Below, one piece after another: positions 24,761 through 36,100 of a stretch of 64,000 nucleotides of DNA. The translations under genes were made by a program, and so were the position numbers. The stretch spans positions 14,880,001-14,944,000 of the forward strand of contig JBNRSN020000028.1 in assembly GCA_051313645.2 (NCBI GenBank), written 5' to 3'. Source of the stretch: Centroscyllium fabricii. Lineage: Eukaryota. Position 1 is the stretch's first letter. Every line of letters begins with the position of its first letter. The notes beneath the pieces were generated by a model, which saw only the letters and a list, made by a program, of their open reading frames with translations, did no database searches and was not told where the DNA came from.

Positions 24761-25102
24761 GAATGAATGGCGAAGATTCAGTGCTCCAGGATCCGTCTGA
24801 ATTAAAGGTTCAGGAAATGACAGACCATAATACTGAGCTGCAGTCACTCGAGAGCTGCTTCAACTCTCTTGTGGTACATCCAGTATCCCGGTGAAGCTCC
24901 TAGATATTTACTGAAGAGATATCGCTCAGAGGACGGAGACAAGTCTCCAAATTTACCAGATAGGTTCTCTGCTGATATGAACGAAATAAATAAAACAGTT
25001 CCTTTAGATATCGCCGGGGCACTTGTCTCCGACCCCGCGGTTTATTTCTGTGCCATGAGCCCCACTCTGCTGCAGCGATACAGCGGATGCCGGCCAAAAA
25101 CC
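24761..25102 (+). pseudogene. TCR V pseudogene (paralog of the V at 63111)
   Basis: Acceptor TTACAG at 24760. +1 frameshift at ~24818 versus the paralog. WYIQYPGEAPRY..AVYFCAMS. RSS CACTCTG(25063)-24-CCAAAAACC. Leader lost. Confidence 0.88.
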
Positions 25103-25123
25103 CACACTGAGAGTTCCAGCTAG

Positions 25124-25142
25124 TGCTCACCAGAGGGCGCTG
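25124..25142 (+). promoter_or_regulatory. CTCF motif ~20 bp downstream of RSS nonamer
   Basis: TGCTCACCAGAGGGCGCTG. Confidence 0.6.
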
Positions 25143-25257
25143 TCACATCGATAACCAGAGCGAAAATTCAGCCTCCACAGTGAGGCAGAGGGAGATTCCT
25201 AAAAGGGCAACAACAGAGAACACTCAACAAGAACATCTGAGGTCCACTTGCAGAATT

Positions 25258-25475
25258 ATATAGAAACATAGAAACATAGAAGATAGGAGCAGGAGTAGTC
25301 CATTCGGCCCTTCGAGCCTGCTCCGCCATTCAATGAGATCATGGCAGATCATCGAAACCCAGTACCCTGTCCCTGCTCTCTCCCCATATCCCTCGATCCC
25401 TATCGAGCCTGCACCGACACATATCCCACCCTATCCCCGTAACCCCACATATTCAATCCCCCGAACACAAAGGGT
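25258..25475 (-). mobile_element. HE1-type V-SINE fragment with CR1 family A tail
   Basis: Inverted copy of the 24420-24678 chimera. Confidence 0.8.
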
Positions 25476-25641
25476 TTACGTTGTCTGCATGTGTGTATAT
25501 ATGTATTGATGTGTGTGTGTATATATGTATTGATGTGTGTTGTGTGTGTCTCAGTGTGCAGGCGCGCGCATCAGGGCTGATATTGACGTGGGCGGTTTCC
25601 ATTGAACTGGAGGCACCTTCTGCGGCAGTTTTAATTCGCCG

Positions 25642-26372
25642 AGATTGTTTACAGCAACAGATAAGTTTAGAACTCTATGCTGCCCAGCAGGCAGAAATAT
25701 ACGGCGCTGTCCTGGATTTCCGCTCGAGTGATCGTTAAATGAAATGTAATTTCTGAACTAATTGGGCCGGCCTCGAATCTTCACTTGGCAAAAACAGTCT
25801 TATTTTTGCACTCTGACCCCGCTCCGAAATAAAACGCAGGACCTAGTTCTTGTACAGCTGTTACCAGTACAGATCGGGGTTACTGAGCCTTGTTGTGCAG
25901 CTACCGTCTATTTTCACGCCATCTCCTTCAGTGACATTTAGCGCGGTCTGAGGTTGTGACTCCGAATCTGCCCGAATCTCCCCCGAATAGAAGTTAACTG
26001 CGGGATGAACACAAAACCGGTTCAAATCCGGCCTCGGGTACTATCTGTTTACACATTCTCCCCGTGTCTGCGTGGGTTTCCTCCGGGTGCTCCGGTTTCC
26101 TCCCACAGTCCAAAGATGTGCGGGTTAGGTTGATTGGCCAGGATAAATTGACCCTTAGTATTAGGGGGATGGAATATGTGGGGTCACGGGGATAGGGTGG
26201 GATATGTGTCGGTGCAGGCTCGATTGGCCGAAATGGCCTCTATCTGCACTGTAGGGATTCTATGAAAACTGCGATAGAAAGTCTGTTAACATCACATTCG
26301 TGCAAACATAAACATGACATTGCCGCACCTACCGAGCACCAGCCACAATATAATGAGGAGAATGTATGACAT
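25642..26372 (-). pseudogene. TCR V pseudogene (paralog of the V at 38400)
   Basis: Leader MSYILLIILWLVL 26372-26333; SINE in intron; acceptor AG>GG; exon 25982-25680 with TAA/TAG stops; DSAVYFC; heptamer CATAGAG. Confidence 0.85.
26015..26263 (+). mobile_element. HE1-type V-SINE, 5'-truncated
   Basis: TCTCCCCGTGTCTGCGTGGGTTTCCTCCGGGTGCTCCGGTTTCCTCCCACAGTCC core; tail CTGTAGGGATTCTATG. Confidence 0.85.
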
Positions 26373-27423
26373 ACCGCATCTTCACCAACAACCCCTGAGA
26401 GCAGCAATTCAATTCCCTTTTGCAAGGTGTTATACTGAGAAAAGTAAGAAACTGTTGAAAGCAAGGTAGAACAGAAGGCGAGAAAGTATCTCGTGCAATT
26501 CTATTCATGGTAAAAGGGAGACTGTATTAACTGGGTAACATAATTTTAACTCCGCCCGTTCGCCCATCACCCCTATGCTTTCTGACCCACGTTGGCCTCC
26601 GGTACACCAATGCATTGCTTTTGGAAGTCGCATCCTTGTCTAGAAATCCCACCATGGTCTTGTCCCTCCCCCTGTTGCTGTAACCTCCCCCAGCCCTACA
26701 ACCCTCCGAGATCTCTGCACTCCTCCAATTCAGCTTTAGGAAATGAAAGAAAAGATGAAATATGTTTGCTCCACAGTCACCGTTCATAAATGCTCCCCAA
26801 ATTAACCAGATGCTGAGTAGCTCCATTGTCGCTGTACGCTCTGTAAAAAGGGGGGTTGGATATTTGAAGACACCCGTTCTAATCCCCGCCCTCAATAATC
26901 TGCTGTCATGCCTCAGGATTCTCTCACCTCACTTCATTGGGACACCAGTGGTGCTGACAGACCGGTAGGTGGTGGGCTGGCGGCCAGTGAATGGAAACAC
27001 CTCGAGCTGGGGTACAGTCAGTGTCCTTATAGGAGCATTGGTCCCGTTTGTAGGGACTGGTGGTGGGAGTGAAACTCATGTCTCGTTATTGGAACCGGGA
27101 AACTCGGGATTGTTAATGGTGACAGAAAACCATTAAAGAGACATTTCTGAAGGGCAACGGAGATCTCTGTGCTCGGGGCTTGTTTCAAAGAGTACAGTCA
27201 CTACCTTGTGAAATCTGAAAATTGTGTATAAACTGTCTCTGACCCAGCAACATGCTCTGACCAAATAAACCCTGTGTACAGACCGCGATCAAAGGGTTCA
27301 AGGAACTGACATGGGAGATGTGGGAAGGGCTGCACCATATTGCAAGCAGGCACAGGAAGGGCATCAAAGGACAAAAGGGCCTCGTGTTCAGTGAAATCAG
27401 CTCAAAGAAGATACTTTGAACAC

Positions 27424-27442
27424 GGACACCAGGTGGTGCTGA
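27424..27442 (+). promoter_or_regulatory. CTCF motif
   Basis: GGACACCAGGTGGTGCTGA. Confidence 0.45.
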
Positions 27443-28073
27443 CAGAGCGCGGATTCCCACCGCCGGTCACTTTATATCAACAAATACTGACCAATACTTC
27501 CCCAGTATAAAGTAAGGTGAAATTCCACTCTATCTCATATTTCTGCTTATCATTGTTATGTAGTTGAATAATTTCACACGTTATCAAAGTGTTAATGAGC
27601 TGTGCTCCTGCAGAGCCTTGGGATCGGTAGCAGTTTTGTTCCATTTGCCACCGCTAGTTTCAGGCCCTGCTTTTGACCCAATTCACTGATGAAGATTTTG
27701 ATAACTATTCAAATATAATAATCTGCAGTTCTTGCTGCGAGCCTGCTTTTCCCGAATTTGTAACGAATGTGAAAGTAACGCAGCCCTGATAGAGAGGCAG
27801 AGATTTATAGATTCCGATGGGGATATTAATATTGAATTCAGTTCCTCACAGGTGGATCCTGTTTTTGCCAACACCGCCCGCGGCAGCCCCGCCCACAGCT
27901 TCCGGTTGCTGCTCTGGCTCTGAGCCGCCTTGCCCGCCCTGTTATTGGAGAGATCGCTGCCGCCGTTCCCTGATTGGCATTGGTTGGATCAGCGGTGCAG
28001 TGGGGCGGGGATCAGTATTCCTGCTCAGACAGAGGCTTTCCCGGACTGCAGAGTTACAGACTCAGGGAGGATC

Positions 28074-28315
28074 ATGTGGAACCGTCTCGCCCCGCTCCTC
28101 ATCATTATTTCAATTCTCAGTAAGTATTCCCTTTCCAGTGAAAATCCATTCTCGCCCCGAGTGCTGTAACCCAGATGTTATTATTAGTTTAATGATGATG
28201 ATGAAGATGTTGATGAGTATGATAATGTTATGATAGAAGAAAGCCACCAAGACACAGTGGAACCGCCGGTTCCTGAAAGGACGGTTGAAGAGAAAAGTTA
28301 TGTCGCACTAAACAT
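28074..28315 (+). pseudogene. V relic: intact leader plus first codons of V exon (paralog of 20827/22593)
   Basis: MWNRLAPLLIIISIL 28074-28119 then GTAAGT; GACACAGTGGAACCGCCGGTTCCTGAA (DTVEPPVPE), then truncated. Confidence 0.65.
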
Positions 28316-28796
28316 CCCAGCATTAAGGAGAGATTATGAAGGACAATGATCATTGGGGGGACTCTGTGCTTGGGGCCTGTTTTAATGAGCACAATCACTA
28401 CCTTGTGAAATCCGTTCCCTGTGAATAAACTGTCTCTGACCCGGCAACATACTCTGATCAAAGAAACCCAGGTGTACAGGCAGCGATTAAAGAGTCGGGG
28501 TCACTGACAGGGGGGATGTGTGATTGGCTGCACAGGATCGCAGGGAGGCACGGGAAGGGCGTCAAAGGTCAAAAGACGAGTTCAGGTGCCACAACTCTAT
28601 TTATGATGTTCATTGTTATTGTAATACGCGTTGCAATCACCAACTAATATAATTCCCGAAGTAGACCTCGCCTGCTCTTGATGGGTGTAATTTTTGATTG
28701 ATAAGGTCCCCATCACTCTCACCGTGGAGGCTGAATTGTTGCTTGTATTATCGGTGTGATTATGGAAGACCGGAAAATATTGGCAGCATTTTGGAG

Positions 28797-29226
28797 ATGG
28801 CGCGGGTTGAGCTGCTCCTGATGTCCATTGTAATAGGTAGATGGTGTTATGTGTTCCCTCTGCTGGAGTGAATATTGCTAATTAACAGAGGCACTAACCG
28901 ATAATTTTATTCATTGTTACAGGTAAAATCCAAGGGAGTTCGGTAACGCAGCCTCCAGATGAGGTGAAGGTTTCCGAAGGGGAAAATCCTCAGTTGAGCT
29001 GCAATTACAAGACTAGTTCGGCTGATCCGGATCGTTACTGGTACCGGTTGTACCCGAACCAGGCCCCGCAGTTTATCTTGTACCGTGATAACACCAGGGG
29101 AAGGGATGCCGAGTTTGCGAAAGGAAAATTCGACGCTCGCCATTTCCGTCAATATCAAGTTTTTCCTTTATCAATTTCTGCGGCAGAGACTGAAGACAGC
29201 GCCGTCTATTTCTGCGGACTGAGGAT
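28797..29226 (+). CDS. TRAV: TCR alpha/delta V gene segment, apparently functional (leader 28797-28836, V exon 28923-29226)
   Basis: MARVELLLMSIVI|GKIQGSSVTQ..LSCNY..YWYRL..DSAVYFCGLR. Both Cys and the Trp present; GT-AG phase-1 intron. Confidence 0.88.
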
Positions 29227-29265
29227 CACGGTGCTTCAAAACTGCTCGATTTCCGTACAAAAACC
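29227..29265 (+). other. 23-RSS
   Basis: CACGGTG-23-ACAAAAACC. Confidence 0.93.
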
Positions 29266-29359
29266 TCACCAAACCACAGACCAACCCAAGAGCTAAGCAA
29301 AGACATCTGCCATCGAGCGACTCACGAAACAAACATCTGTCAATGAGAGAATGATGAGA

Positions 29360-29840
29360 AAAACATATTTCCTGTTTTACCAGAATGGTGCCAGAGATGA
29401 TGTACTTCCGCTATGTGGAGAGACGAGAGAACCGGAGATTTTCCCCTTAGAGCAGAGAAGGATAAGGGGAGTTTGAATAAAGATGTTTAAAATTATGAAT
29501 GGTTTTGGTAAATTAGATGGGGAGCAACTGTATTCATGTCAGTTGGATCGATAGCCAGAGGACACTGATTTAATATAATTGTCAAATAAAGTTCAGGGGG
29601 AAATTAGGAGAATATTTCTATGCAGCGAATTGTTACAATCCAGAATGCACTGCCTGACAGGTTAGTAGAAGTGGTTTCCGTAATAACTTTAAAAGAGGAA
29701 TTGGATACATACTTGGAAAAGGAAAATTTACGGAGTTCTGGGGAAAGATCAGGAGAGTGGGGCTCATTGATCGCTCATTCAAAGTGCGAGCACCGACAAG
29801 ATTGGCCGAAAGGCCTCCTTCTGTGCTCTATCCTTCTATC
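29360..29840 (+). mobile_element. Old CR1 LINE 3' fragment
   Basis: Degenerate C-terminal ORF2 (QRIVT..NALP..KEELDTYLE) and CR1 tail. Confidence 0.7.
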
Positions 29841-30129
29841 ATTGTTAAGTCCATTGCCCTCTCTAATTTGACATAACTTGTCGTTCCTTTATTGTCTCTG
29901 GGTCAGGATCCTGGAGCCCACCCTCTAACAGCACCGTAGGAGCACATTCACCGCACGGACTGCAGTGCCTCAAGGAGACGGCTCAGCAACAATAAGGGCA
30001 GCTGGAGATGGGCAATAAATGCCGGCCTTGTCATCGACGCCCATGTCTTGAGAATGGGCAGAAAAAAACTAAGAGAAACAGCAGGTCCAGTGTGACAATC
30101 ACCCCCTGAAATCTTTCTTGATTTCGGTC

Positions 30130-33100
30130 ACTCGTTCGTCCTGATTGTTATACTCTGTTCCTGTCCACTAGTCCTGGGATCCTCAATCAGCGGAAACAGT
30201 TTTGCTCTACCTACCCTATCAGTTCCCCTTAAAATCTTGAAAGCTTCGAACATATCCCCCATAACCCTATACATTCCGTGTCAAACAACCCTAGTTTGTG
30301 TCATCTCTCCTCGTAAGTTAACCCTTGAAGTCCAGCAAATCTACTGTGCACTCCCTCCAAGGCCAATACATCCTTCCTAGGATGTGGTGCCTAGAGCTGC
30401 TCACAGTACTCCAGGTCTGGTCTAACCAGGGTTTGTATAGCGGTAGCATAACTACTACCCCCTTGTACTCTAGTTCTCTGGATATAAAGGCCAGCATCCC
30501 ATTAGCCTTTCTGATTATTTTCTGTACCGGTCCATGACATTTTAATGATCCATGTACCTGGACCTCAAGTCTCTTTGAACCGCCACTGTTTCTAGTTTTT
30601 CACCATTTAGAAAGTGCTCTGTTCTATAATTTTTAGTTTCAAAGTGGATAACCTCACACTTGCCTACATTGAATGTCATTTGTCACTGTTTTGCCCATTC
30701 AGTTAATCTATTAATATCTCCTTGTAATTGTATTCCTCCATCTACACTGCTTCCAATAGCGCCAATATTTGTGTTGTCGGCAAAGTTGGATATGTGACTT
30801 TCTATCCCACAATCTACACCTTTAATAAATACAATGAATATATGAGACCCCAACACAGATCCTTGCGAGATATCAATTGGCGTATCTGTCCTGTCAATTA
30901 GAGAACCTGCACATTACCACTAATCTCAGTATCCTGCCACTCAGCCCATTAGAGAACCTGCCCATTAACCCTACTTTCTGTCGCCTGCCCCTCAGCCCAT
31001 TAGAGAACCTGCCCATTACCCCAACTCACTGTCTCCTGCCCCTCAGCCCATTAGAGAACCTGCCCATTACCTCTGATCTCTCTCTCCTGCCCCTCCGCCC
31101 ATTAGAGAAACTGCCCATTACCCCACTCTCTCTCTCCTACCCCTCAGCCCATTAGAGAACCTGCTCATTACCCCTACTCCCTGTCTCCTGCCCCTCAGCC
31201 CATTAGCGAACCTGCCCATTACCCCTACTCTCTGTCTCCTGCCCCTCAGCCCGTAAGAGAACCTGCCCATTACCCCTACTCTCTGTCTCCTGTTGCTCAG
31301 CCCATTAGAGAACCTGCCCATTAAATCCACTCTCTCTCTCCTGCACTTCAGCCCATTAGCGAACCTGCCCATTACCCCTACTCTCTCTCTCCTGCCCCTC
31401 AATCCATTAGAGAACCTGCCCATTACCCCTACTCTCTGTCTGCTGTCCCTGAGCCCATTAGAGAACATGCCCATTACCCCTACTCCCTGTCTCCTGCCCC
31501 TCAGCCCATTAGAGAACTTGCCCATTACCCCCACTCTCTGTCTCCTGCCCCTCAGCCCATTAGAGAACCTGCCCATTACCCCTACTCTCTGTCTCCTGCC
31601 CCTCAGCCCATTAAAGAACCTGCCCATTACCCCTACTTTCTCTCTCCTACCCCTCAGCCCATTAGAGAATCTGCCCATTACCCCTACTCTCTGTCTCCTG
31701 CCCCTCAGCCCATTAAAGAACCTGCCCATTACCCCTACTCTCTCTCTCCTGCCTCTCAGCCCATTAGAGAACCTGCTCATTACCCCTACTCCCTGTCTCC
31801 TGCCCCTCAGCCCATTAGCGAACCTGCCCATTACCCCTACTCTCTGTCTCCTGTCCCTGAGCCCATTAGAGAACCTGCCCATTACCCCTACTCCCTGTCT
31901 CCTGCCCCTCAGTCCATTAGAGAACCTGCCCATTACCCCTACTCCCTGTCTCCTGTCCCTGAGCCCATTAGAGAACCTGCCCATTACCCCTACTCACTGT
32001 CTACTGCCCCTCAGCCCATTAGAGAACCTGCCCGTTACCCCTACTCTCTGTCTCCTGCCCGACAGCCCATTAGAGAACCTGCCCATTATCCCTACTCTCT
32101 GTCTCCTGCCCCTCAGCCCGTTAGAGAACCTGCCCATTAGCCCTACTCTCTCTCTCCTGCACTTCAGCCCATTAGCGAATCTGCCCATTACCCCTACTCT
32201 CTCTCTGCTGCCCCTCAACCCAATAGAGAACGTGCCCATTACCCCTACTCTCTGTCTCCTGTCCCTGAGCCCATTAGAGAACCTGCCCATTACCCCTACT
32301 CCCTGTCTCCTGCCCCTCAGCCCATTAGAGAACCTGCCCATTACCCCCACTCTCTGTCTCCTGCCCCTCAGCCCATTAGAGAACCTGCCCATTACCCCTA
32401 CTCTCTGTCTCCTGCCCCTCAGCCCATTAAAGAACATGCCCATTACCCCTACTCCCTGTCTCCTGCCACTCAGCCCATTAGAGAACCTGCCCATTACCCC
32501 TACTCTCTCTCTCCTGCCCCTCAGCCCATTAGAGAACCTGCCCATTAACCCTACTCTCTCTCTCCTGTCCTTCAGCCCATTAGAGAACCTGCTAATTACC
32601 CCAACCACTGTCTCCTGCCACTCAGCCCATTAGAGAACCTTCCCATTACCCCTACTCTCAGTTTCCTGCCCTTCAGCCCATTAGAGAACCTGCCCATTAC
32701 CCCTACTCTCAGTCTCCTGCCCCTCAGCCCATTGGAGAACCTGCCCATTACCCCTACCCTCTGTCACCTGCCGCTCAGCCCATTAGAGAACCTGCCCATT
32801 ACTCCTACTCTCTGTCACCTGCCGCTCAGCACAGTAGAGAACCTGCCCATTACCCCTACTCCCTGTCTCCTGCCCCCCAGCCCATTAGAGAACCTGCCCA
32901 TTACCCCTACTCTCTCTCTCTCCTGTCCCACAGCCCATTAGAGAACCTGCCCGTTACCCCTTCTTTCTGTCTCCTGCCCCTCAGCCTATTAGAGAACCTG
33001 CCCATTACCCCTACTCGCTGTCTCCTGCCCCACAGCCCATTAGAGAACCTGCCCATTCTCCCAACTCTATGTCTCCTGCCCCTCAGCCCATTATAGAACC

Positions 33101-36100
33101 TGCCCATTACCCCTACTCCCTGTCTACTGCCCCTCAGCCCATTAGAGAACCTGCTCATTACCCGTACTCTCTGTCACCTGCCGCTCAGCCCGTTAGAGAA
33201 CCTGCCCATTACCCCTACTCACTGTCTACTGCCCCTCAGCCCATTAGAGAACCTGCCCATTACACCTACTCTCTGTCTCCTGCCCCTCAGCCCATTAGAG
33301 AACCTGCCCATTACCCCTACTCTCTGTCTCCTGTCCCTCAGCCCATTAGAGAACCTGCCCATTACCCCTACTCACTGTCTCCTGCTCCTCAGCCCATTAG
33401 AGAACCTGCCCATTACCCCTACTCTCTGTCTCCTGTCCTCAGCCCATTAGAGAACCTGCCCATTACCCCTACTCTCTCTCTCCTGCCCCTCAGCCCATTA
33501 GAGAACCTGCTCATTACCCCAACTCTTTCTCTCCTGTCCCTCAGCCCATTAGAGAACCTGCCCATTACCCCTACTCCCTGCCTCCTGCCCCCCAGCCCAT
33601 TAGAGAACCTGCCCATTACCCCTACTCTCTCTCTCTCCTGTCCCACAGCCCATTCGAGAACCTGCCCGTTACCCCTACTTTCTGTCTCCTGCCCCTCAGC
33701 CCATTGGAGAACCTGCCCATTACCCCTACTCGCTGTCTCCTGCCCCACAGCCCATTAGAGAACCTGCCCATTACCCCTACCCTCTGTTTCCTTCCCCTCA
33801 GCCCATTAGAGAACCTGCCCATTACCCCTACTCTCTCTCTCCTGTCCCTCAGCCCATTAGAGAACCTGCCCATTACCCCTACTCTCTCTCTCCTGCCGCT
33901 CAGCCCATTAGAGAACCTGCCCATTACCCCTACTCTCTGTCTCCTGCCGCTCTGCCCATTAGAGAACATGCCCATTACCCCTACTCTCTGTCTCCTGCCC
34001 CTGAGCCCATTAGAGAACCTGCCCATTACCCCTACTCTCTCTCTCCTGCCGCTCAGCCCATTAGAGAACCTGCCCATTACCCCTACTCTCTGTCTCTTGC
34101 CCCTCAGCCCATTAGAGAACCTGCCCATTACCCCTACTCTCTCTCTCCTGCCCTTCAGCCCATTAGGGAACCTGCTCATTACTCCTACTCTCCCTCTCCT
34201 GCCCTTCAGCCCATTAGAGAACCTGCACATTACCCCTACTCTCTGTCTCCTGCCCCTCAGCCCATTATAGAACCTGCCCATTACCCCTACTCACTGTCTA
34301 CTGCACCTCAGCCCATTAGAGAACCTGCCCATTACACCTACTCTCTGTCTCCTGCCCCTCAGCCCATTAGAGAACCTGCCCATTACCCCTACTCTCTGTC
34401 TCCTGTCCCTCAGCCCATTAGAGAACCTGCCCATTACCGCTACTCACTGTCTCCTGCTCCTCAGCCCATTAGAGAACCTGCCCATTACCCCTACTCTCTG
34501 TCTCCTGTCCTCAGCCCATTAGAGAACCTGCCCATTACCCCTACTCTCTCTCTCCTGCCCCTCAGCCCATTAGAGAACCTGCTCATTACCCCAACTCTTT
34601 CTCTCCTGTCCCTCAGCCCATTAGAGAACCTGCCCCTTACCCCTACTCCCTGTCTCCTGCCCCCCAGCCCATTAGAGAACCTGCCCATTACCCCTACTCT
34701 CTCTCTCTCCTGTCCCACAGCCCATTAGAGAACCTGCCCGTTACCCCTACTTTCTGTCTCCTGCCCCTCAGCCCATTAGAGAACCTGCCCATTACCCCTA
34801 CTCGCTGTCTCCTGCCCCACAGCCCATTAGAGAACCTGCCCATTATCCCAACTCTATGTCTCCTGCCCCTCAGCCCATTGGAGAACCTGCCCATTACCCC
34901 TACTCTCTCTCTCCTGCCCCTCAGCCCATTATAGAACCTGCCCATTACCCCTACTCTCTCTCTCCTGCCCCTCAGCCCATTAGAGAACCTGCCGATTACC
35001 CCTACTCCCTGTCTACTGCCCCTCAGCCCATTAGAGAACCTGCTCATTACCCCTACTCTCTGTCACCTGCCGCTCAGCCCGTTAGAGAACCTGCCCATTA
35101 CCCCTACTCACTGTCAACTGCCCCTCAGCCCATTAGAGAACCTGCCCATTACCCCTACTCTCTGTCTCCTGCCCCTCAGCCCATTAGAGAACCTGCCCAT
35201 TACCCCTACTCTCTGTCTCCTGCCCATCAGCCCATTAGAGAACCTGCCCATTACACCTACTCACTGTCTCCTGCCCCTCAGCCCATTAGAGAACCTGGCA
35301 ATTACCCCTACTCTCTGTCTCCTGCCCCTCAGCCCATTAGAGAACCTGCCCATTACCCCTACTCTCTGTCTCCTGCCCCTCAGCCCATTAGAGAACCTGC
35401 CAATTACCCCTACTCACTGTCTCCTGCGCCTCAGCCCATTAGAGAACCTGCCCATTACCCCTACCCTCTGTTTTCTTCCCCTCAGCCCATTAGAGAACCT
35501 GCCCATTACCCCTACTCACTGTCTCCTTCCCCTCAGCCCATTAGAGAACCTGCCCATTACTCCTACTCTCAGTCTCCTGTCGCTCAGCCCATTAGAGAAC
35601 CTGCCCATTACCCCAACTCTCTCTCTCCTGCCCCTCAGCCCATTAGAGAACCTGCTCATTACCCCAACTCTTTCTCTCCTGTCCCTCAGCCCATTAGAGA
35701 ACCTGCCCATTACCCCTACTCTCTCTCACCTGCCCTTCAGCCCATTAGAGAACCTGCTCATTACCCCTACTCTCTCTCTCCTGCCCTTCAGCCCATTAGA
35801 GAACCTGCCCATTACCCCTACTCTCTGTCTCCTGCCCCTCAGCCCATTATAGAACCTGCCCATTACCCCTACTCTCTGTCTCCTGCCCCTCAGCCCATTA
35901 GAGAACCTGCCCATTACCCCTACTCACTGTCTCCTGCCACTCAGCCCATTAGAGAACCTGCCCATTACCCCTACTCTCTGTCTCCTGCCCCTCAGCCCAT
36001 TAGAGAACCTGCCCATTACCCCTACTCACTGTCTCCTGCCCCTCAGCCCATTAGAGAACCTGCCCATTACCCCTACTCTCTGTCACCTGCCGCTCAGCCC

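Noticed and set aside
27600-27880. Protein-looking peptide (CNECESNAALIERQRFIDSDG), faintly like 39560-39700
   Set aside because: No recognisable family or exon structure; cannot be supported without a database search.
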